DNA from: a virus
Lineage: Duplodnaviria; Caudoviricetes
Reading direction: 5' to 3' (one strand)
IMG/VR virus record: IMGVR_UViG_3300028591_000079
Location: 1-64,000 of that record
Length of the DNA stretch: 64,000 bases
Numbering within the stretch: the first letter of the stretch is position 1; every line of letters starts with the position of its first letter. The notes under the pieces were generated by a model. That model was given only the letters and a program-made list of their open reading frames with translations. It did not search any database and had not been told where the DNA came from. Of this stretch, positions 19,201 to 29,232 are shown piece by piece. The translations under genes and the position numbers were made by a program.

Positions 19201-20548
19201 GATTTTTCCAAACATAAGTTGCTTGCCCACAATCATAAACAACAACATATCCATTTTCTAACATAAGCTCATCATTGTTTTCTCCTTTTTGATGCTCTGT
19301 GTATTGATTATCATTATGAAGTTGGCTAAACCCCCTTTGTCTTAATAAATTATCTGTTATATGTCTTTTGGTTTTCATATTATACCAATGTCTGGATGGT
19401 TTTTGATATGATATAGCTTTAAATTCAAGATCAATATAAGTTTTTCCACTAAATTTTGATTTGTCGCAGTATGATATAATTGATTTTGGATTATAAGTTT
19501 TTATAAAGTAATCAAACATTTTCTTTGTTCCACCCATAACAGTATATTTATCACAATAACACAACCTTAATAATTCCCATTCTATATTTTTATTATATCT
19601 AGGTAAACCAAAAACCATCAACCCTATTAACTCATTATTATAAAACAGTCCTATTGATTTTTTTATTCCTCTACATGTATTTTGTATATGATATGTATTC
19701 AAAAAATTGTTTACTATATTTATATCATCAATTTCTTTTATTTGACATAATCTTCCACCAATACCTGTTTTAGGACTCAACATTTTTTTTATTTTTTCTT
19801 CTTCATCCCAATCCCAAATATGAAAACACTCAAAACCATGCTTATTTGCAACACATGTTTTTTTTATATGATATGTTGGATCTTTGGGGTCTTTACCAAA
19901 TATACTATATGTAGAGTTATGTGTTTCTGTTGGGTTTATTTCTATCAATGTTTGTCCAATTTTCAAATCAAAAGAAAAACCATCAATAGCAAATTCTAAA
20001 TCTTCTTCTGGTACGTTTAGTAGGTTTTGCCAATATCTATTCTTTTTTGAAATTGTTATGTGATTATTTGCTTCTGGCCTTAAACAATTCCAATCAACGC
20101 CATATTTATCTCTACATGATTGTCTTATTTTTTCTAGTATATCTGGATTTTTCATTGCGTTTTTTGTTGCAACAGATATATGTTCCCGATTTTCTTTGGT
20201 CATCATTTTTTTCATTATTTCAGAGTGTTTTTGTAATAATTCTGGATTAGACCAAGCCTTTTTTTGTATTTGAGATTGTTTTTCTTTTTTTTCATCTGTC
20301 CATGCATTTTTTACAGCCATAATCATTTTTTCTTTTTCTTCTGTGGACATTTTGCGCCCTTTGTTCCAGGCCGGTGTTCCTTTTCTACTTGCACTTATTT
20401 TTGCTTTTTGTTCTTCACTTTTTTTCATAATACCATGTTCTTTGTTGTATTTGGTTGAACAATCTCTACAGCAAAATTTAGATGTTTTTCTTTCTGGGTG
20501 AAATAATTTACCACAATTTAAGCATTCAATATTTTCTTTTTTTTTCAT
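19187..20548 (-). CDS. Hef-like free-standing homing endonuclease with Zn-finger/NUMOD3 repeats
   Basis: CxxC...CCxxC, KKSEEQKAKIS...AWNKG, KYGV, FDLKI...LIEIN...HIWDWD, WELLRLC...ISYCDKSKFSG. Confidence 0.7.
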   Translation of the reverse strand: MKKKENIECLNCGKLFHPERKTSKFCCRDCSTKYNKEHGIMKKSEEQKAKISASRKGTPAWNKGRKMSTEEKEKMIMAVKNAWTDEKKEKQSQIQKKAWSNPELLQKHSEIMKKMMTKENREHISVATKNAMKNPDILEKIRQSCRDKYGVDWNCLRPEANNHITISKKNRYWQNLLNVPEEDLEFAIDGFSFDLKIGQTLIEINPTETHNSTYSIFGKDPKDPTYHIKKTCVANKHGFECFHIWDWDEEEKIKKMLSPKTGIGGRLCQIKEIDDINIVNNFLNTYHIQNTCRGIKKSIGLFYNNELIGLMVFGLPRYNKNIEWELLRLCYCDKYTVMGGTKKMFDYFIKTYNPKSIISYCDKSKFSGKTYIDLEFKAISYQKPSRHWYNMKTKRHITDNLLRQRGFSQLHNDNQYTEHQKGENNDELMLENGYVVVYDCGQATYVWKNPNNV

Positions 20549-20624
20549 AATTATAGCTCCAATACTACTCTGTTATTATAGTAGTAGAACTACTAAAATC
20601 AATATTAAAATATAAAATTAATAA

Positions 20625-20650
20625 TAAAAAAGAGGCTCCGAAGAGCCTCT
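20625..20650 (-). terminator. Terminator of the capsid gene (cUUCGg tetraloop)
   Basis: Minus strand AGAGGCTC-TTCG-GAGCCTCT-TTTTT. Confidence 0.9.
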
Positions 20651-20669
20651 AGATTTCCAATCGTTACAA

Positions 20670-22229
20670 TTATGCAACGTTGAAGTTTGTGATAGCACCC
20701 TTGACCAAGTATTTTGGTTGGTTGATGAACAAATCATAGAATGACAAGCATCCTTTATGATTTTTCAAGTTTGGTGCTTGGAATGTTGGAGTGAAGTATA
20801 ATGGAACCCATTCTGCTACGATCACACCAGCATCACCGATTTGATAACCCTTGAACCCGAAGATAACTTCGTCTTCTGCTAATGGGTTGTTAGCGCCAGC
20901 TGTATAAGGAACTGCGATAACGGAGATTGTACCGTCACGTAATGTACCTGCCAAATATGGACCAACTGGTTTCTTTGCTTCTGGAGCTGCTTTGAAGCCT
21001 TCGATTTGTTCGACAACTGTCAAACCTGTAGTTGCTGAAACGATCATATAGTCGACAGCACCACGGCCCATAGCTTTTTGGATTAAACCACGAGCTGTTG
21101 AAACCATAACGTCATAAGAACCATAACGTTGTTTCAAAGTCAAGTTTGTACCATTTGCTGAGCAGTCGAATGTCAATTCTGGTTGTGCAGCTGCTGCTGT
21201 GGAAACTTTCTTGATCAATGCCAAGTCACGTTCCCAACGGATTGTGCCAGCCAATTCATTGGAGATCAATTCGTCAACATCCAATGCCATGTGAGCGTTA
21301 GCAACCAATGCTGAAGCTACTGAGTATGAGCTCATCAATGGGTGTTCTTCTGCACGGACTGGTTGTTCCAAGATATCGAATTCAACTGTACGGATTGTGT
21401 CATCGTTGATTTCTGTATCACGAGCTGCTTGAGCTGTAACTGTTGCACCTGCTGCGATAGCATCTGCAAAATATGTTGCATCCAAGTTCAATGTGATAGC
21501 ACCTGTTGCATAATCTACAACTGATGTATTCAAAACGCCCTTACCAGCAATTTGGCCTGTGCCAAAGTCACGAGCAATTTCTTTACCACCAATGAATACA
21601 CGGATGGAACCTGCACGTACTGCGTAGTTTGCAGTTGGAATTGAGGAACCAGATTCTTCGAATGGAAGACCGCCGTCTTTATTCAATGTTAAATTAACAG
21701 AAGCTGCTGCTGTAGCTGGATTATAAACATACCATTCAGAAGCATAAGAACCATCTGTTGCTTTTTCGAAGATAATATCGCCTGCTGCAACACCTGCTGC
21801 TGACATACCATAGCGAGATTTGATAACGAAAATTTCGCCTGTTTGACGATCCAAAGCTTGGATGTCTGCGATGTGATGAGCAACCATTTGAGGATAGAAG
21901 ATGTTAACGATATCAACAACGCGTGGAGTCAAAGAAGCGACACCTGGCATCAAAGATGCTGTAGCTGATGTGACATCTTCTGTCAACAAGCCTTTATAAC
22001 CTGCGGATTCATACAAAGCTGCAGTGTTATTCAAGACGTTTGTTAAGACAGCTGCTTGATATTTATCTGCTTTGTTTTGAGATTCGAACATAGCAGCCAT
22101 TTTTGGGCAGCGTTTTGCCAAGCCAGATTCTGTAAACAATTTAGCTGCTTTAGCAATGCGGCCTTCTTTTTTTGCAGAAGCTTCAACCATAGATGCTGCT
22201 TCTGTCATTACTTTTTTTACTAATGCCAT
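20670..22229 (-). CDS. Major capsid protein (T4 gp23-like, HK97 fold)
   Basis: IADIQALDRQTGEIFVIKSRY, PVRAEEHPLMSSYS...HMALDVDELISNELAGTI, GPYLAGTL, GFKG...DAGVIVAEWVPL; strong codon bias; AAGGA RBS. Confidence 0.88.
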   Translation of the reverse strand: MALVKKVMTEAASMVEASAKKEGRIAKAAKLFTESGLAKRCPKMAAMFESQNKADKYQAAVLTNVLNNTAALYESAGYKGLLTEDVTSATASLMPGVASLTPRVVDIVNIFYPQMVAHHIADIQALDRQTGEIFVIKSRYGMSAAGVAAGDIIFEKATDGSYASEWYVYNPATAAASVNLTLNKDGGLPFEESGSSIPTANYAVRAGSIRVFIGGKEIARDFGTGQIAGKGVLNTSVVDYATGAITLNLDATYFADAIAAGATVTAQAARDTEINDDTIRTVEFDILEQPVRAEEHPLMSSYSVASALVANAHMALDVDELISNELAGTIRWERDLALIKKVSTAAAAQPELTFDCSANGTNLTLKQRYGSYDVMVSTARGLIQKAMGRGAVDYMIVSATTGLTVVEQIEGFKAAPEAKKPVGPYLAGTLRDGTISVIAVPYTAGANNPLAEDEVIFGFKGYQIGDAGVIVAEWVPLYFTPTFQAPNLKNHKGCLSFYDLFINQPKYLVKGAITNFNVA

Positions 22230-22418
22230 TTTAAATTTTCCTTTAATAAAAACTCTTCCCTAATTATTTATTTTTTTATTGTTGTGGGAGAGCTAAAGGT
22301 ACTTGAATATATGGGATTACTTATTATTCTTATTGGGACTAGCATTGTGATAAGAGGCTAGATCGCTAAGGGTATTCATCTCATATATAGTCCAGAATAG
22401 AAATTTATATATAATGAA

Positions 22419-22425
22419 TAGAACT
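22419..22425 (-). promoter_or_regulatory. AGTTCTA putative late-promoter motif for the capsid gene
   Basis: Motif in the intergenic region, oriented toward the MCP. Confidence 0.55.
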
Positions 22426-22538
22426 ATAAAAAAATAAAAAGTGTGTGTAAAAAATAATTAATGTGAAAAATTTTTGGTGGCTATAAGATTTTTAATTAGC
22501 TTTGATATGAATTTATGGTATTATTTTGTATATAGAAT

Positions 22539-22949
22539 ATGGATATGGACATGGAAGACATAAGATTTTTGAAAGATTATGATAGTTTTACGGTTGGTGT
22601 GGGTGTAAGTGGTGTAGAAAAAGAAGTTATTAAAAATATTGGAGAAGATTATGGGTTGACGGAGTATTTAGGTTTGATGTTGGTTGACAAGAATATATAT
22701 AGATGGGAGGGTAAAGATAAGTATATTCAGTTTTGTTTTAGATGTAATGAGTGTTGGGATTTTGTTATAGACATGTTAGAAGATGGGAGTTCAGCCAACA
22801 GATTTTATAGATTTTGTTGTGAAGGTGATGAGACGCATAGGTTGGTTAGTAGAGATAGAACTAGTACTGATATATTTTTTTATAGTAGAATATTTAGTAT
22901 AGACAGTTGGGAAAAAGAGATGAGAGAAATATTAGACATGGTGATATAG
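22539..22949 (+). CDS. Hypothetical protein
   Basis: ORF with strongly G/T-biased coding strand. Confidence 0.6.
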   Translation: MDMDMEDIRFLKDYDSFTVGVGVSGVEKEVIKNIGEDYGLTEYLGLMLVDKNIYRWEGKDKYIQFCFRCNECWDFVIDMLEDGSSANRFYRFCCEGDETHRLVSRDRTSTDIFFYSRIFSIDSWEKEMREILDMVI

Positions 22950-22953
22950 AAAA

Positions 22954-23664
22954 ATGAACATGGGTGATTGGATTTTGAATAATATATCTGGAACCTACTC
23001 TATTATAAAAAAGGAGTGGGATTGGTTAGATATTGGTAGAAAATGTAATGTAAATTGTTATATGGCTTGTAATTTTATTGACGGGTGGATATTTGATGAG
23101 ATTTTAGAGATAGAGATAACAGATTGTGGTGTTAAAGGGTTATTGATTACTTTAGATTATGATGGATATAGTAAAAGGAGAGAAAGTTGTGAAATGGTAA
23201 AACAGACAAAGATAGAAGTTTTGAAAAGCATTATGGTGAATTGTTTTGGTTTTGTAAGAGTAATGGAAAACAAAAATGAAAGATACTTTTTGGAAGGGTA
23301 TAATATTTGGAAGTTTTTTAAGGAATGGAAAAAAAGAGTAAAAGGTAGAAATTTCATAAAGGACGGCAAGACTGATTATAAAATATTTGTAGATGGTAAG
23401 TTGAGTTATTTTTGGTTGAATTCGAAATATTTTATGAATTTAGGTTTTGAAAATAATATATGCTACTGTGGTGTTTATGATATGATTGAGAACAAGGTAA
23501 AGTTTTCATTATGGTCTGATGGTGGAATTTTTGGCGGGGTAGTTTCGGATAAGTATATAAATTTGTTTGATGGCAAGGATGTTTGGGGTAAAGGAGTATA
23601 TATGTGTGAGTTCAATGGATCATTAGAAGAATTTGATATAACGTGTGGTTTTTTGTGTAATTAG
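22954..23664 (+). CDS. Hypothetical protein
   Basis: ORF directly following the previous gene, same bias. Confidence 0.6.
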   Translation: MNMGDWILNNISGTYSIIKKEWDWLDIGRKCNVNCYMACNFIDGWIFDEILEIEITDCGVKGLLITLDYDGYSKRRESCEMVKQTKIEVLKSIMVNCFGFVRVMENKNERYFLEGYNIWKFFKEWKKRVKGRNFIKDGKTDYKIFVDGKLSYFWLNSKYFMNLGFENNICYCGVYDMIENKVKFSLWSDGGIFGGVVSDKYINLFDGKDVWGKGVYMCEFNGSLEEFDITCGFLCN

Positions 23665-23667
23665 TAC

Positions 23668-23695
23668 TTGAAAACGTAATTAAATGTGATAGAAT
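23668..23695 (+). promoter_or_regulatory. Sigma70-like early promoter (TTGAAA-16-TAGAAT, AATTAAA in spacer, extended TG)
   Basis: Matches a consensus repeated at 43157, 48557, 51525, 52944 and 55043. Confidence 0.65.
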
Positions 23696-23954
23696 GATTG
23701 GTGTAATAAAGGAGAAAAAGTTGGTAGAAACAAAGAAAAAACTATTTGAAAAGAAAAAAGTAGAGGATTGGGAACAGACTTATGGAATAGAACATAAACA
23801 TGAATATAATCCGGCATATGTGGTCTGTCCTTTTTGTGGGTGTAAACAAGAAATAAGAAATATAGACTTATGGAATGGTGTTAATTGTTCTTGTGGAGCT
23901 ATAATACTAAAAGAAGGTAAAGAAGTGTACGCAACAAAAGAAAAAGAGGATTGA
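23694..23954 (+). CDS. Small Zn-ribbon protein (true start may be TTG ~23721)
   Basis: CPFC...CSC; AAGGAG lies before 23721. Confidence 0.55.
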   Translation: MIGVIKEKKLVETKKKLFEKKKVEDWEQTYGIEHKHEYNPAYVVCPFCGCKQEIRNIDLWNGVNCSCGAIILKEGKEVYATKEKED

Positions 23955-23957
23955 TAA

Positions 23958-24194
23958 ATGACAGGTATACAGATTTTTGCGCTTTGTGCTTTGTGTTTTT
24001 TGTTAGGAATTGGCTTTGTGTTTGGTCTAATTAGACTGTGTGGATGTGAACACGAATACGAAATGACACAAAGAGATATGAGACATTTATTTTCTGATGG
24101 AACAACACACTATACAGAATTGATTATTATTCAGAGATGCAAGAAATGTGGAAAAATAAAAGTAAAACAAATAACGCCAAAAGGAATAATGTAA
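23958..24194 (+). CDS. Small membrane-anchored Zn-finger-like protein
   Basis: N-terminal TM, CEHEY...CKKCG; similar to 26224..26475. Confidence 0.6.
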   Translation: MTGIQIFALCALCFLLGIGFVFGLIRLCGCEHEYEMTQRDMRHLFSDGTTHYTELIIIQRCKKCGKIKVKQITPKGIM

Positions 24195-24386
24195 ATGGTT
24201 GAATTTTTGAAGATTTTTGCTTATACTATATTGGGATTGATCGCTTTTGCTGTTATAGCTTTATTTGGAGTATGGATGTTGATTTTATTATGGCCAATTG
24301 TAATTATAGCTTTACCGCTTGCATTAATCATATATTTATCTTTGGTGGTATATAAATTGGTAAAAGAAGAAAATAAAAAGAAATAG
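24195..24386 (+). CDS. Small membrane protein
   Basis: Almost entirely hydrophobic. Confidence 0.55.
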   Translation: MVEFLKIFAYTILGLIAFAVIALFGVWMLILLWPIVIIALPLALIIYLSLVVYKLVKEENKKK

Positions 24387-24390
24387 AATA

Positions 24391-25053
24391 ATGTCGACAA
24401 TTGAACAAGGGGTTATAAATATGAAAGAAGATAGTTTGAAACATACAGTTGGCCAAGTAAGTGGTGATAAAGCCAATATTTGTTTTATTACTGCATATAG
24501 GCCAAATCAAACAACAGAGGAAAATGAAGCTGCGAATAAAGATTTGGAGCGTGATATTCGTAGATTGGGATGTGGTTTTACTAAAACGATAGGCGGTTTT
24601 CAATACAGTACTGGTGGGGTTGGTGAAGAACCTGGATTCAAAGTTGGTGTAAAAGAAAAAGACCCTCAAAGATTTATAGATGAAATGTTGGCACTTGGAC
24701 AAAAATATGGTCAAGAATCTGTACTTATTAAAGTTCCAGGTAAGAAAGCCGCATATTATAACACATCTGATAATTTTGGTAATATAGATATTGAATTTGA
24801 TAAAGTAAGCAATGCAAATCCACAAGACTTATCTACTTGGTCTGTTGGTTATACACAAATGAAAAAAGATAAAAATAAAAATCCAACAAAAGCGTTTAAA
24901 TTGGAGGATATAGAAAAATTGACAACACTTACAGAAGAAGAAGAAAATAATCTACCAGAAGAAAACAATAGATTTGGTGGGCGTAATTTCAGTTCATCTT
25001 CTGGATGGATTGTATATAGATTGTTTAGAGAAGGTTTAGGATTAGAACCATAA
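24391..25053 (+). CDS. DUF3293-like conserved phage protein
   Basis: FITAYRP...EENEAANKDL...LGQKYGQESVL. Confidence 0.55.
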   Translation: MSTIEQGVINMKEDSLKHTVGQVSGDKANICFITAYRPNQTTEENEAANKDLERDIRRLGCGFTKTIGGFQYSTGGVGEEPGFKVGVKEKDPQRFIDEMLALGQKYGQESVLIKVPGKKAAYYNTSDNFGNIDIEFDKVSNANPQDLSTWSVGYTQMKKDKNKNPTKAFKLEDIEKLTTLTEEEENNLPEENNRFGGRNFSSSSGWIVYRLFREGLGLEP

Positions 25054-25081
25054 ACAAATAAAACAAAAAAAGGAGTAAAAA

Positions 25082-25441
25082 ATGAAAAAACTTTTAGTAA
25101 CGTCTGTTATTGCTTTATCTACTATGGCTTGTTTTGCATCAGATTATATTCCACAAGAGGTAACATCTGAAGTTTATACAACAGAACAAGTAACGACCAC
25201 TAATGAAAGTTATCAATACACAAACCACAGAAACTTTAATTCAACTTATTGCCAGTATAAAGATGATCGTGGTTATTGTAATCGTAATGTAGTCCCTCGT
25301 TCTTATAAATTACAACCGGTAGCAGTTTATACAGGGAAGACAGTAACCGTTCAAAAACACTATGATGTTTACCAACCAAAAGTAGTCTATGAAAAAGTGA
25401 ATTCCTATACAACAACACAAACTTGTGAATATTGTAAATAA
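25082..25441 (+). CDS. Secreted/periplasmic protein
   Basis: AGGAG RBS; signal-peptide-like MKKLLVTSVIALSTMACFA. Confidence 0.65.
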   Translation: MKKLLVTSVIALSTMACFASDYIPQEVTSEVYTTEQVTTTNESYQYTNHRNFNSTYCQYKDDRGYCNRNVVPRSYKLQPVAVYTGKTVTVQKHYDVYQPKVVYEKVNSYTTTQTCEYCK

Positions 25442-25463
25442 TCAAGTAAAAAAAGGACTTGAA

Positions 25464-25805
25464 ATGACTAAATATGAAATTTGGCAAGATCTTAGAAAAC
25501 AAGTAAAAGTAGCAAGAGCAGAAAGGGATACTCAACAAGCCGCCATTACAAAATGTGAATGGAATGATCCAGAAAAATCTTGTATTACAGTCTTTCAAGT
25601 CCAATCTGTCGGTGTTCCGAATGAAAATTTATCAGATTGCAATTTTTCATTGAGGTATTGTGATGAATTTGGTAAACCATGTGAAAATAAAGCCTGCCCA
25701 ATGCATCCAGCAAATCGTGAATATGAAGAAGCAGAAATTGTATTACAGGGATTGAAAAGAGCAAGAAATAAAGCATTTTGGAATATGTTTGTAAGAGGCA
25801 AGTAA
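25464..25805 (+). CDS. Hypothetical Cys-containing protein
   Basis: ATG (MTKYEIW) after AAGGA; CENKACPM. Confidence 0.55.
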   Translation: MTKYEIWQDLRKQVKVARAERDTQQAAITKCEWNDPEKSCITVFQVQSVGVPNENLSDCNFSLRYCDEFGKPCENKACPMHPANREYEEAEIVLQGLKRARNKAFWNMFVRGK

Positions 25806-25806
25806 G

Positions 25807-26205
25807 ATGAGTAAAATAAAAATAACAGATGTAAATAACCAGCATAAGTTTATTTGCTTTAGATTAGAAGGTTTAAAAGATGGAATTATTGTTGGACTTA
25901 CCCATCCTGAATTAGATATAGAAGACCCAGAACAAGGAATTTCTATTGGTTATCAAGGAGAAAGTGTTGTTGTGCCATTTAAAGTTGGTTTATCTAAATT
26001 TGGAAAACAAAGAATTGAAAGATATGGATCGGATTTAGATGAGGCAATAGAAGAAACTGGTATATTTAAATCTGGCAGTTTAGAAAATATGATAGCTGAC
26101 ATTGAAAAAGGAGAGGTGGATATGAAGCAAGTTGAGGCAATGAAAAAAGCGTTCAAGGGCATAGAAAACGTAGAAGTAGAAATAGTAGATGGGACATTAA
26201 AATAA
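25807..26205 (+). CDS. Hypothetical protein
   Basis: GAGG RBS, contiguous ORF. Confidence 0.6.
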   Translation: MSKIKITDVNNQHKFICFRLEGLKDGIIVGLTHPELDIEDPEQGISIGYQGESVVVPFKVGLSKFGKQRIERYGSDLDEAIEETGIFKSGSLENMIADIEKGEVDMKQVEAMKKAFKGIENVEVEIVDGTLK

Positions 26206-26223
26206 AAGCAAAGAGGGAGTAAT

Positions 26224-26475
26224 ATGGTAGAATTTTCGAGAATTGTTATTATTTCGTTAACTGTTATAGGTGGATTTTTTTTCATATTTGCATTTTGTGG
26301 TTTGTTAATAGGTAAGAGTGCTTGTAAAGTTTTGGGACACGATTGGGAGCATATAAGTAGAGACACTATAGATAAAAAAGATGGAAGTATAGAGATTTGG
26401 ACAAAAGATAAATGTCGAAACTGTGGAATAACACGAAAAGCTCATTATATATATCAACCAGAAGAAGAGGATTAA
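26224..26475 (+). CDS. Small membrane-anchored Zn-finger-like protein
   Basis: TM then CKVLGHDW...CRNCG. Confidence 0.6.
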   Translation: MVEFSRIVIISLTVIGGFFFIFAFCGLLIGKSACKVLGHDWEHISRDTIDKKDGSIEIWTKDKCRNCGITRKAHYIYQPEEED

Positions 26476-26478
26476 TAT

Positions 26479-26985
26479 ATGACAAGTATAATGAATATGT
26501 ATTGGTTAGGAGATGACAACAGAGATATGCTGGCTTGTGCTCGATATATTTTGTTTAGATGTTGTAAAAAAGTAAAAAAATATAAATTAGGACAAGATAT
26601 AGAAGATTGGGAAAAATCTATAATGACCGAATATTTACCAATGAATTATATGGATTTTAAGTGGGTAGTAGACAGGTGTAATTTTGAGTTAGCTAAAAGT
26701 TTCGGGACTGATTTATTACCCAACAGTTTTTTAAGTTGGCATCAAGACAGTCATTTGGTTCCGGAATATTTTGATACAGATTTTACTTGTGACTATAAAA
26801 AACTAAAGAATGGAAAATGGAAAAAAATAGAATCTAACAGTGAAGAAGGTGATTTTATTTCTGCTGCTGAAGTTTGGGCTATGAACAAAGTGATAAAAAG
26901 ATGGAAAATATATGGGAAATGGCTTGTAAAATTAGATAGTTGGTGGTATAATTTAAAAAACAAAATCATAAAACAAAAACAATAA
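26479..26985 (+). CDS. Hypothetical protein
   Basis: GAGGA RBS, contiguous ORF. Confidence 0.6.
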   Translation: MTSIMNMYWLGDDNRDMLACARYILFRCCKKVKKYKLGQDIEDWEKSIMTEYLPMNYMDFKWVVDRCNFELAKSFGTDLLPNSFLSWHQDSHLVPEYFDTDFTCDYKKLKNGKWKKIESNSEEGDFISAAEVWAMNKVIKRWKIYGKWLVKLDSWWYNLKNKIIKQKQ

Positions 26986-26990
26986 AAGGC

Positions 26991-26997
26991 AGTTCTA
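26991..26997 (+). promoter_or_regulatory. AGTTCTA putative late-promoter motif heading the radical-SAM operon
   Basis: Motif followed by GGGAG RBS and ATG 27019. Confidence 0.6.
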
Positions 26998-27018
26998 TAT
27001 AGGGAGTAATAGTGTATC

Positions 27019-27963
27019 ATGAAGAAGATTTACGAGTTTCTACTTTGGAATAATTGTGGTAATAACTGTAGTTTCTGTCATCAAAGAATGCATGAAAGAA
27101 AAATTGATGATAAAATACTAACCCCAAAGGAACAAGTTGAGTCTTTAAAGTTATGTAAAAAGTTTTTGGACACAGAGTTTGAAAACGGAAATCATATACT
27201 GTTAGTTGGCGGTGAAATATTTGATGTAAGGGATGAAGAAGTAAAGAAATCGTTGAAGTGGTTATTGTTGCGAGTTGTGGAAAAAATGACACTGAACGAA
27301 ATTGAACTTTTATATCTAAACACCAACTTATTATATGAAGATACTGGTTTATTGCATTGGTTTTTAGATGTTATAGAAGCCAATAGACTGTTTGATAGAT
27401 TACACTTTACGACCTCTTATGATATAGTTGGTCGTTTTTGCGTAAAATCAGAGTCTTTGTTTTATAAAAATCTAAAAACTCTAACAGACAAATATAAAGA
27501 CATACACATAATCGTAAACACCATATTAACAAAAGAAGCGTGTAAAAGAATATGTGAAGATCGTTTTGGTGCTGATTTTTTACTTGATTATCTAAAAAAA
27601 CAAGGAAAAGAAAATCACACACTAAAAGAATGGGCAGATTATTTTAGAGTTCAGATCAATACAATACCATATATAATGCTGAACTATGATAAGGCACCAG
27701 AAGCACCAACACGTAATGAGGTTTTTGATACATTAATACACTTAGATACAATTATTCCTGGGTACCTAAAACAATATGCAGAAAACATAGCTCTAACTCA
27801 GGAAAAATTACTTTACGAATACCACAAGAAAGATGGAGGATATGTTTTTTGTTCTTCAAATATGTCTGATTGTGGTCATTCTGTAAATTTCAAATTATCT
27901 TTTGCGGATAGTGACAAATGCTTTCCGTGCGAGATAAAAAAGTTGCTAAAATATAATAAATAA
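27019..27963 (+). CDS. Radical SAM protein (paralog 1)
   Basis: WNNCGNNCSFC (CxxxCxxC), LVGGE, TSYDIVGRF, C-terminal CGHS...DSDKCFPC. Confidence 0.85.
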   Translation: MKKIYEFLLWNNCGNNCSFCHQRMHERKIDDKILTPKEQVESLKLCKKFLDTEFENGNHILLVGGEIFDVRDEEVKKSLKWLLLRVVEKMTLNEIELLYLNTNLLYEDTGLLHWFLDVIEANRLFDRLHFTTSYDIVGRFCVKSESLFYKNLKTLTDKYKDIHIIVNTILTKEACKRICEDRFGADFLLDYLKKQGKENHTLKEWADYFRVQINTIPYIMLNYDKAPEAPTRNEVFDTLIHLDTIIPGYLKQYAENIALTQEKLLYEYHKKDGGYVFCSSNMSDCGHSVNFKLSFADSDKCFPCEIKKLLKYNK

Positions 27964-27968
27964 AAAGG

Positions 27969-28703
27969 ATGAAAAATATGGAACCTATTGAATTGACTTT
28001 TGATAATAATACTGTTATTGAAGATTTATTTAAAGATCTTGAAAATGGAAAACAGCGCATTATTAATGTGCAAGAAAATACTAGCTTAGAAAAAATAAAA
28101 GAATTATTGAAAAGTGTTTCTGGGTTGCCAAATTCTGCTTTTAAGTTTTTCGATATTAGGTTAAAAGCACTATCATCCGAAGATAAAGCGGAAATCTTGA
28201 AATTCGTAATCAAAGAAGAATTGTGTATTACAAATCTTATTGAAACCATTGTATTATTAATCAACTCAAGCAACAATTATAATCAAGAATTTTTCAACAA
28301 TCCAGTTGTGTTTTTCTCTTCTGTTGTTGATTATCTTGATGTTTGTGATGCATTAGAAACAGAAATAAACACAGTTAGAGAAAAAGTTGCATTTTACTTT
28401 TTAGCAACAATGAAATCTTATGTGAATCACCCAAGATTTGTTTTGAACGAATCTGGTAATTTTGAAACAATGCCAATGATGTATGAATGCATTTTGATGT
28501 TGTTGGACTTCTTCAATATTTCATTTATATTAAATACTCCAAACATCAATATTCCAAGTTTTTCAGAAATTCCAAACAATATGAAATCAGAAATCAAATT
28601 ATTAGATTTGTGGACTGATAAACAAAAATTTGTAGTATCAACATTGTCAGAATTATCAAAAACAATCAATGAAAAATTAGCAGCCGAAGTAGAGGACAAA
28701 TAA
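27969..28703 (+). CDS. Hypothetical protein within the rSAM operon
   Basis: RBS, contiguous ORF, no recognised motif. Confidence 0.65.
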   Translation: MKNMEPIELTFDNNTVIEDLFKDLENGKQRIINVQENTSLEKIKELLKSVSGLPNSAFKFFDIRLKALSSEDKAEILKFVIKEELCITNLIETIVLLINSSNNYNQEFFNNPVVFFSSVVDYLDVCDALETEINTVREKVAFYFLATMKSYVNHPRFVLNESGNFETMPMMYECILMLLDFFNISFILNTPNINIPSFSEIPNNMKSEIKLLDLWTDKQKFVVSTLSELSKTINEKLAAEVEDK

Positions 28704-29221
28704 TGACAGATAAAGAAAAACAGCAATTTTTCAATGGTCTTGTTGAAAAAATGGGGACAACACCTCATTGGACTGCAACTGGGTTTATTTTGCCTGACGG
28801 CACAATGTTGAATTTTTCTAACACAAACATATATCCAGATCCAGCTGTTGCTGTATATACCCACGAGGATCTTGAAAAATTCTTTGGTTATAAACAAGAA
28901 GATGTTTTAAAATATGGTGGAATAAGGGTCGGATACTGTGATGCAAATGACAAACCATTTATTCAAATATTGTTCAAAGATTGTGAACCAACGGATTTTC
29001 AGTGGACAAAAATAGACGAATTATTGCATACCGACACTGGAGAATTAGATGTTGAAGCAAATACAATTTTAAATAATGACTCTACAGCTTTTTACAAAAA
29101 GTATGTAGCATCAACAAACACCATAGATGACATAAAAGATGATTTAGATGCCTATTTAGATGGTGATACAACTAATTTGGGTACATATAGTGAAAAATTA
29201 GGAATAAAAGATTCAAACTAA
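28703..29221 (+). CDS. Conserved phage hypothetical protein (GFILPDG motif)
   Basis: TGFILPDGTML...HEDL...GGIRV. Confidence 0.6.
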   Translation: MTDKEKQQFFNGLVEKMGTTPHWTATGFILPDGTMLNFSNTNIYPDPAVAVYTHEDLEKFFGYKQEDVLKYGGIRVGYCDANDKPFIQILFKDCEPTDFQWTKIDELLHTDTGELDVEANTILNNDSTAFYKKYVASTNTIDDIKDDLDAYLDGDTTNLGTYSEKLGIKDSN

Positions 29222-29232
29222 GAAGGAATGTT

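Noticed and set aside
16728-25805. Host assignment from the style of the small hypothetical proteins
   Set aside because: Impression only; needs database or CRISPR-spacer matching
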